A stretch of DNA of 13,498 bases, from NCBI GenBank assembly GCA_050298595.1, contig JBNKUM010000060.1:1-13498 (forward strand), in the 5' to 3' direction. The notes beneath the pieces are model-generated. The model saw only the letters and a list, made by a program, of their open reading frames with translations. It ran no database searches and was not told where the DNA came from. The translations under genes and the position numbers were made by a program. Positions 7,029 through 13,498 of the stretch are shown here, in pieces. This stretch comes from Gammaproteobacteria bacterium. Its GTDB lineage: Bacteria; Pseudomonadota; Gammaproteobacteria; GCA-001735895. The stretch's first letter is position 1, and every line of letters starts with the position of its first letter.

Positions 7029-8333
7029 CTAGCGCTGTAAGGCTGTTTTGATCGCTTGATATGATGCCTTGGGACTACGTTCCAGACTGTCAAAATCTAC
7101 ATGTAATAGACCGAAACGTAAATCATAACCTTTGGTCCATTCGTAGTTATCCATCAAGGACCAGAAATAGTAACCGGCCAGGGGCACACCATCGCTTATC
7201 GCTTCACGCGCAACCTTGAGGTGAGCATCAAGATAGTCAATACGGTCACTGTCATCGAGCCCACTAAAAGAAGCCATGCCATTTTCGGTGATATAGATCG
7301 GTAACCCTCTGGAATATTCCGCATGGGTGCGGCGTAGAAAAAAAGCCAGCCCCTCGGGGTATATCTCCCAGTCCATAGCAGTTTTGGGAAGAGGGCCTTC
7401 AAGCTCGGCCAGACTCGGCCAGGGGCTATCATCGAAAGCGATGTTTTTACGCGTGTAATAGTTAATGCCAACCCAGTCAACAGGCGTACTTATTGTGTTT
7501 AGATCATCCTGCCAATTGGCAGGGAGATGAGGTTCAATGCCTGCTAATACATCGGCAGGATATTCCCCACGTAGTGCGCCAGAGATAAAGAAACGGTTGT
7601 AGATACCATCGTACAGAGAGGCAGCACGTTCGGCTTCGGGCGTGTTATCGGCAGGGTTGGCGTATTCCATATTAAACACGGCACCCAGGTTATTGATGCC
7701 GAGATCACGCATGGTTTGAATGGCCTTGCCATGCGCCAGCATGACATGATGCATAGACTGAGCTGCTGCTGTAATATCGCGCAGTCCTGGAGCGTGATAG
7801 CCCATATAATGCGAAAGCCAGGTCACACACCAGGGTTCATTGATCGGTGCAACACTAAACATGCGGTCACCAATTCGCCCCATAATGGCTTCGGTAAAAT
7901 TGGCGAACCAGTCCGAGATATCGCGATTACACCAGCCGCCCTGTTTAGCTAACGCAACAGGTAATTCCCAGTGATAGAGTGTAGCGGCCGGTTTAAGTTG
8001 ATGTTCAAGCATACTGTCGACCAGGCGGTCGTAGAAATCCAGGCCTTGCATGTTTACCGTGCGTCCATCAGGCATTACTCTTGCCCAGCTCGTGGAAAAA
8101 CGATAACTGTCGAAGCCTGCATCTTGCAGTAATGCAAAGTCTTCTGGATAGCGGTGATAGTGATCGCAGGCCAGCGCTCCGTTTTCCTGGCGGTCAACTT
8201 TCCCCGGTTGCCTGGAAAAGGTATCCCAATGAGTTTCACCGGCGCCTCCAAACTGATGTCCCTCGATCTGATAAGCCGAAGTTGCTGCTCCGAACAAAAA
8301 ACCTTGTGGGAAATCCTGGCGTGTAAATTTCAT
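7029..8333 (-). CDS. bglA: GH1 beta-glucosidase
   Basis: FLFGAATSAYQIEG N-terminal signature, YRFSTSWARV, acid/base INEP, nucleophile ITENG, WSLMDNYEW. Confidence 0.95.
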   Translation of the reverse strand: MKFTRQDFPQGFLFGAATSAYQIEGHQFGGAGETHWDTFSRQPGKVDRQENGALACDHYHRYPEDFALLQDAGFDSYRFSTSWARVMPDGRTVNMQGLDFYDRLVDSMLEHQLKPAATLYHWELPVALAKQGGWCNRDISDWFANFTEAIMGRIGDRMFSVAPINEPWCVTWLSHYMGYHAPGLRDITAAAQSMHHVMLAHGKAIQTMRDLGINNLGAVFNMEYANPADNTPEAERAASLYDGIYNRFFISGALRGEYPADVLAGIEPHLPANWQDDLNTISTPVDWVGINYYTRKNIAFDDSPWPSLAELEGPLPKTAMDWEIYPEGLAFFLRRTHAEYSRGLPIYITENGMASFSGLDDSDRIDYLDAHLKVAREAISDGVPLAGYYFWSLMDNYEWTKGYDLRFGLLHVDFDSLERSPKASYQAIKTALQR

Positions 8334-8361
8334 TATCTAGCTTTGTCTAATTGTTGCGTTA

Positions 8362-9465
8362 TCATTTTGCGTAAAACAATGATTTCCCGTCGGCAAACAG
8401 ATGCACTTTTGAAGGATCGGCAGTCATTCGCATATTTTGATGACGAATATCACGGTGAATCCCCGGAAGTTTGGCAATTACAGGGGTATCCTTCGATTTT
8501 TCTCGTGTCAGAAAAGCCTGAGTGACTTCACCGAGTATTTCAGAGACACCGACTTTACCTTCGAATGCATAATTTTCGGATGTGGTTGGTTGCATATCTT
8601 CAGGGCGGATTCCAATATTAATTTTTACACCCTTTAGATCTGCCGATGTAGGTATATTAGCGGAAAATATACCACCACCGTCGTCGGTAACTTTAACCTG
8701 CGTGACTTCTCCGGTATCGACGATTTCACCCGGCAATATATTCATTGCCGGTGACCCTATAAATTGAGCGACAAATTCATTTTCGGGGTGTTCGTATAAT
8801 TCCAGAGGCGTTCCCACCTGGGCGATACCTTTGTTGGCAAGTACAACAATGCGACTGGCGAGAGTCATGGCCTCAACCTGATCGTGAGTAACATATACCA
8901 TGGTAGACTCAGGCAAACTTTCTTTAAGTTGCGCTATCTCGATTCGTGTTTGTACGCGCAGTGCAGCATCCAGATTGGACAGGGGTTCGTCGAACAGGAA
9001 GACTTTGGGGTCACGTACTATGGAGCGACCTATCGCCACGCGCTGTCTTTGTCCTCCCGATAGTGCCTTGGGTAGTCGATCCAGATAATCGGAAAGTTGT
9101 AATGTCTGGGCAGCTTTTTGAATGGCAGCCTCTATTTCTGCCGGTGACTTTTTCGCCAGTTTTAAAGCAAAAGCCATATTCTCACGAACGGTCATATGCG
9201 GGTACAGCGCATAAGACTGGAACACCATTGCGATACCACGTTGCGCTGGAGGCACATCGTTCATGCGTACGCCGTCAATCAATAAATCCCCCTCGGTGAT
9301 CTTCTCGAGTCCGGCAATCATGCGCAGTAAAGTAGATTTCCCACAGCCGGATGGGCCTACGAAAACAATAAACTCACCGGTTTTGACGTCAAGGTTGATT
9401 TCCTTCAGTACTTTAATATGATTGCCGTAGCTTTTACCGACATTGGTTAGGGTTATCTCAGCCAT
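8362..9465 (-). CDS. aglK: Sugar ABC transporter ATP-binding protein (MalK/AglK type)
   Basis: Walker [46 protein letters not shown]; symbol assigned from operon context. Confidence 0.92.
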   Translation of the reverse strand: MAEITLTNVGKSYGNHIKVLKEINLDVKTGEFIVFVGPSGCGKSTLLRMIAGLEKITEGDLLIDGVRMNDVPPAQRGIAMVFQSYALYPHMTVRENMAFALKLAKKSPAEIEAAIQKAAQTLQLSDYLDRLPKALSGGQRQRVAIGRSIVRDPKVFLFDEPLSNLDAALRVQTRIEIAQLKESLPESTMVYVTHDQVEAMTLASRIVVLANKGIAQVGTPLELYEHPENEFVAQFIGSPAMNILPGEIVDTGEVTQVKVTDDGGGIFSANIPTSADLKGVKINIGIRPEDMQPTTSENYAFEGKVGVSEILGEVTQAFLTREKSKDTPVIAKLPGIHRDIRHQNMRMTADPSKVHLFADGKSLFYAK

Positions 9466-9480
9466 AAATCCTCCAGTTAT

Positions 9481-11100
9481 TTATATTTTAATAGCAATGC
9501 AGGGTTGCCACGGCTCAAGGTGAATTACACCATCACCTGTTAGTTCGACCGTTCCCAGTTCTGCTCCAATTTGAGTCCAGTTGCCTTCAGGTAGCATGAG
9601 TGATGCAGCAGAATCAGATAAATTAAAGGCACAGAATATTTGTTCGTCGTTATTGCTCCGAATAAAGCTGGCAACATTACCGTTTGCTTGTAAAGTACTC
9701 TGTCCCCCATGCTTAAGCATCGGATTGGCCTTTCTAAATGCAATGGCTCGGCGATAGTGATGCAAAAGGGACGATAAATCCTTTTCCTGAATATCTACAC
9801 ATAGCGGCAGGTGCTCATCTGGTATCGGTAACCAGCTTTTAACGGGTGAAAATCCACAGTTTATAGACGAAGATTCCCATACCATTGGCGTGCGGCTGCC
9901 ATCCCGACCTTTAAATTCGGGCCAGAATGCGAGTCCGTACGGATCCTGTAAATCTTCGTATTTAATGTCGGCTTCGGGTAAGCCGAGTTCTTCTCCCTGG
10001 TACAGACAGAGGCTACCGCGTAAACACATCATTAACGTTGTGTATACTCGCGCGGCTTCAATCGAAAGGTTCCAGCGACTAATATGTCGAACTACATCAT
10101 GATTTGAAAACGCCCAGCATACCCAACCATCGCTGGCATCTTTAACGTATTCTGCAAATACCTCGGTGAGGCGAGATGCGCTTAAAGAATCACCGGACAG
10201 AAAATCAAACGCATAACACTGGTGGATATGTTTGTCACCACGCGTGTAATCGCCGAGGATTTTTATTCCATACTGTGAATCACCTACTTCGCCCATTAAT
10301 GCCTTAGAGTCATATTCATCCATTAAGGCTCTAAGTCGAGCCAGGAAGTCTAAATTTTCCAGTTGATTCTTAGAGCGAGTATGATCCTGATAGTTATAAG
10401 GGTTGACCGATGGTGCCGTGGTCGCATTGCGCCTTTCAGGCGCTAGAGGAGGGTTATCGCGTAATAGTTTGTCTGCAATATAGAAATTGATAACGTCCAG
10501 CCTGAAACCATCAACACCGCGATCCAGCCAGAAGCGGAAGATATCCAGCAGAGCGTCCTGTACATCATGATTATGAAAATTGAGGTCAGGTTGTTCTGCC
10601 AGAAAATTATGGAGATAGTATTGTTCTCGACGTGTATCCCATTGCCAGGCGGGACCTCCAAATACAGATAGCCAGTTATTCGGTGGCGTTCCATCAGGTT
10701 TGGGGTCTGACCATACATACCAGTCAGCTTTTGAATTCACTTTATTAGACTGGCTTTGCTGGAACCAGTAGTGCTGATTAGAAGTATGGCTTATGACCTG
10801 GTCTATCATAACCTTAATACCCAGTTCGTGTGCTGTTGCTAATACCAGGTCGAAGTCAGCGAGCGAACCAAAGAGTGGATCAACGTCGCGGTAATCAGTG
10901 ACGTCATAGCCGAAATCTTTCATCGGAGAGGGAAAGAAAGGTGATATCCATATTGCATCGACACCCAGTGAAGCAATGTAAGGCAGGCGTCTCACAATAC
11001 CCGCCAAATCACCTATGCCATCATTGTTACTGTCCTGATAACTGCGCGGCAAAATCTGATAGATGATAGCGCCTCGCCACCATTGAGAATCCTTCAGCAT
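9481..11100 (-). CDS. aglA: GH13 alpha-glucosidase
   Basis: WWRGAIIYQI, DFGYDV, QYYLHNFLAEQPDLN, catalytic GFRLDVIN / GEV / SNHD, YQGEELGL, GRDGSRTPM. TAATG coupling with the upstream permease. Confidence 0.93.
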   Translation of the reverse strand: MLKDSQWWRGAIIYQILPRSYQDSNNDGIGDLAGIVRRLPYIASLGVDAIWISPFFPSPMKDFGYDVTDYRDVDPLFGSLADFDLVLATAHELGIKVMIDQVISHTSNQHYWFQQSQSNKVNSKADWYVWSDPKPDGTPPNNWLSVFGGPAWQWDTRREQYYLHNFLAEQPDLNFHNHDVQDALLDIFRFWLDRGVDGFRLDVINFYIADKLLRDNPPLAPERRNATTAPSVNPYNYQDHTRSKNQLENLDFLARLRALMDEYDSKALMGEVGDSQYGIKILGDYTRGDKHIHQCYAFDFLSGDSLSASRLTEVFAEYVKDASDGWVCWAFSNHDVVRHISRWNLSIEAARVYTTLMMCLRGSLCLYQGEELGLPEADIKYEDLQDPYGLAFWPEFKGRDGSRTPMVWESSSINCGFSPVKSWLPIPDEHLPLCVDIQEKDLSSLLHHYRRAIAFRKANPMLKHGGQSTLQANGNVASFIRSNNDEQIFCAFNLSDSAASLMLPEGNWTQIGAELGTVELTGDGVIHLEPWQPCIAIKI

Positions 11101-12254
11101 TATTTAACGGAACCGGCAAGCAGGCCTCGAACCAGATATTTTTGCATGGCAAAGAATACCATCAGCGGTACCGCTATCGATACAAATGCGGAGGTTGCAA
11201 GAATTTCCCAATTGCCTCCACGCGTGCCCAGTAGCTCGACAATTTGCTTGGTCATCACAGTGGTATCACCGGTCGAATCAATCAAAAATACCAGTGCAAC
11301 AAGCAAGTCATTCCAGGTCCATAAAAACTGGAAGATTGCGAACGATGCCAGGGCAGGGAAGGACAGCGGCAGAATTATTTTGGTAAAGATCTGGAAATCG
11401 CTGGCTCCGTCAACCTTGGCATTTTCGATAATGTCACGTGGCAGGCCAACCATATAGTTTCGTAACAGGTAGATTGCCAGAGGTAGGCCAAATCCGGTAT
11501 GTGCAAGCCAGGCCCCCAGATACCCTTTACCTATACCGATTTCATTGTGAAACTTGAGCAGTGGAATTAAGGCCAGTTGTAGAGGGACAACCAGTAATCC
11601 CACAACAGCTGCTATTAACAGGGCGCGACCGGGAAATTCCATCCACGCCAGTGCATACGCGGCGAAAGCAGCAATCAGAATGGGGATGATGGTTGCAGGA
11701 ATAGTGACCGTTAAAGTATTGAAAAAGGCCTTGGCCATACCTTCCCGGTTAGATGGATCGAACAGTACGTAATTATAGTTCTGCAAGGTGAACTCTGGTG
11801 GCGTCCTGGCGGTGGCAAAGATTCGTGCGCCCCGTTTTTTCTTAAATGCTTTGCCACTTTTCATTTGATAATCACCATTCTCCAGAACGGTGACTGTCGC
11901 CCCCCCTCTTAACTCAGCCGTATCTCCGGGCTTGTATTTACTGATTTCGAGTGAACTGGTACCCCACTTCGAGATTGTGGCGTCAGAGATTTTATCAGCC
12001 TCGAACAGGTTACCTTCAATCACGAACAAACCGTCTTTTTCAATTTGTTTGCTTGCTCCATCGGTTCGTAGTGTTAAATTACTTTCAGAAGATACTAGAG
12101 ATTTCCACCATCCACTGGTTGCAATTTGATCGGCGGTTCTAAAAGAGGATACCAGCAGACCTACTGTTGGAAAGAGCCACAGGAACACCAGTAATGCCAG
12201 TGATATATGGACAGCCCAGGTTAAAGAAGATTTAGTACCAGCAATATTATCCAT
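11100..12254 (-). CDS. aglG: Alpha-glucoside ABC transporter permease (MalG-like, with large periplasmic loop)
   Basis: EAA-like loop LPRDIIENAKVDGAS, FQFLWTWNDLL, QKYLVRGLLAGSVK; TAATG overlaps at both ends. Confidence 0.92.
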   Translation of the reverse strand: MDNIAGTKSSLTWAVHISLALLVFLWLFPTVGLLVSSFRTADQIATSGWWKSLVSSESNLTLRTDGASKQIEKDGLFVIEGNLFEADKISDATISKWGTSSLEISKYKPGDTAELRGGATVTVLENGDYQMKSGKAFKKKRGARIFATARTPPEFTLQNYNYVLFDPSNREGMAKAFFNTLTVTIPATIIPILIAAFAAYALAWMEFPGRALLIAAVVGLLVVPLQLALIPLLKFHNEIGIGKGYLGAWLAHTGFGLPLAIYLLRNYMVGLPRDIIENAKVDGASDFQIFTKIILPLSFPALASFAIFQFLWTWNDLLVALVFLIDSTGDTTVMTKQIVELLGTRGGNWEILATSAFVSIAVPLMVFFAMQKYLVRGLLAGSVK

Positions 12255-13261
12255 TAATCCATCTCCTTACGGGCGTTATACACATTCCAGATAAGTATCG
12301 GGGTAACAAGCAACATAATGATCATGGCGCTGGCTGAACCCACTCCCCAGTCATTGGCTCGAAATAATTTGTCGTACATGTAGTTAGCGAGTACCTGCGT
12401 TTCCCACTGCCCGTTTGTCATCGCAAAAACGATATCAAATATCTTAAGTACTACGATGGTGATGGTGGTCCATACGACGACTATAGTACCCATTATCTGT
12501 GGCACCTTAATCTTAAAGAACACCTGAAAGGGGTTTGCACCATCTACAATTGCTGCTTCTATGGTTTCCTCGGGAATACCTCGTAATGCAGCTGACAGTA
12601 TCACCATGGCAAAGCCGGTCTGAATCCATACAAGTACAATCATCAAAAAGAAATTATTCCAGAATGGGATAGTCAACCAGGTATTAGGAGCGTCACCCCC
12701 GAAATAAAGGTACAGCGCATTCAGTACACCAATCTGATCCTGATCGATGGGTCTGGTGTCGTACACCAACTTCCAGATAACGGCTGCACCGACAAACGAA
12801 ATTGCCATGGGCATGAATATGATCGATTTGGCGATATTTCCCCAGCGTACTCGATCAGACAGCTGAGCCGCAATCAGGCCAAAAATAGTCGACAGGGCCG
12901 GAACCACAAGTAGCCAGACCAGATTGTTACGCATGGCCTCCCAGAACTTCGGTTCGCCAAACATTTGCTGGTAGTTAGCGAGACCAACAAACGTTGACTC
13001 CCCACCAGGAAGTCGCTCAGTGAGTGAAAGTCGTAATGTTTCAACTACGGGATAAGCAAGGTAGAGACTCAGTGCGGCCAATGCAGGAAATAGAAAAAGC
13101 CAGGGGCGTACCATATTTGCCCTGGTTATATTTCTACCAGCATTGATACCTTTCGCTGGAAATATAACTTTATCGAGCACCTGGTTGGCAGTATAAAAAT
13201 AGCCAACGCAACCGCCGACTCCAATGATTATTGTTAGTAAACCTTGTAGTGCTGGATGCAT
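12254..13261 (-). CDS. aglF: Alpha-glucoside ABC transporter permease (MalF-like)
   Basis: FVGLANY, IFMPMAISFVGA, EAA loop IPEETIEAAIVDGAN, LKIFDIV; RBS AGGAG upstream. Confidence 0.92.
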   Translation of the reverse strand: MHPALQGLLTIIIGVGGCVGYFYTANQVLDKVIFPAKGINAGRNITRANMVRPWLFLFPALAALSLYLAYPVVETLRLSLTERLPGGESTFVGLANYQQMFGEPKFWEAMRNNLVWLLVVPALSTIFGLIAAQLSDRVRWGNIAKSIIFMPMAISFVGAAVIWKLVYDTRPIDQDQIGVLNALYLYFGGDAPNTWLTIPFWNNFFLMIVLVWIQTGFAMVILSAALRGIPEETIEAAIVDGANPFQVFFKIKVPQIMGTIVVVWTTITIVVLKIFDIVFAMTNGQWETQVLANYMYDKLFRANDWGVGSASAMIIMLLVTPILIWNVYNARKEMD

Positions 13262-13367
13262 CGCTTTCTCCTATATACTGCCTGTTGGTAGTGAATAAGT
13301 GGAAAAATAAACCAATCTTAACTTCAGGTTATTAAAATACTATATGTGCTTAAGCGAATCAAAATAT

Positions 13368-13419
13368 GTACCCGCAGACTCCATAGCTTTGCAGTTTTTC
13401 ATCAGGAGTATGCGGGTAC
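13368..13419 (-). terminator. Intergenic stem-loop (terminator or mRNA-stabilising element)
   Basis: GTACCCGCAGACTCC (13368-13382) and GGAGTATGCGGGTAC (13405-13419), 14/15 complementary, 22-nt loop, 7 nt after the upstream stop. Only a weak U tract (ATATTTT) on the - strand. Confidence 0.6.
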
Positions 13420-13426
13420 TTTAGCA

Positions 13427-13498
13427 TCAAAATGCGTAGTTAAAACGTACCTTAACGCCGGAAACATCTTCACCCACAGAAGCCGCGCCCGTTACTGA
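13427..13498 (-). CDS. C-terminal 23 aa of a probable outer-membrane beta-barrel protein (partial)
   Basis: Manual translation ...SVTGAASVGEDVSGVKVRFNYAF*: alternating hydrophobic residues ending Y-x-F, the beta-signal pattern. Only 72 nt are visible. Confidence 0.6.
   Translation of the reverse strand, partial: SVTGAASVGEDVSGVKVRFNYAF

Noticed and set aside
7196-12142. Numerous short ORFs overlapping bglA and aglK/A/G
   Set aside because: Antisense or alternative-frame shadows of long, motif-supported genes.
1-13498. CRISPR array, tRNA or rRNA genes
   Set aside because: No regularly spaced repeat-spacer units and no tRNA/rRNA-like sequence seen.

Overview
The window has three parts. (1) 1-1120 is an AT-rich, decaying integron-type cassette array on the - strand that the ORF track mostly misses. 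It runs from an attI-like junction next to a perfect 30-bp palindrome through two cassettes encoding small membrane proteins (100 aa and an unlisted 59 aa). Both attC sites are damaged in R'': one by an apparent 3-bp deletion, the other by a group IIC-attC-type intron, which is itself cut in domain V by an IS66 element (left end at 270, tnpA running off the window). No integron integrase is visible. (2) 1500-7003 holds cbpA-cbpM, a PEP-CTERM protein with its typical upstream enhancer boxes, a soluble CZB-domain chemoreceptor, and an amylosucrase-like pseudogene truncated by a 348-bp MITE-like element. (3) 7029-13498 is a - strand alpha-glucoside uptake/catabolism cluster (aglF-aglG-aglA-aglK plus a GH1 beta-glucosidase), preceded not by aglE but by a stem-loop and the C-terminus of a probable outer-membrane beta-barrel protein. 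All calls come from reading the sequence by eye; no database searches were run.
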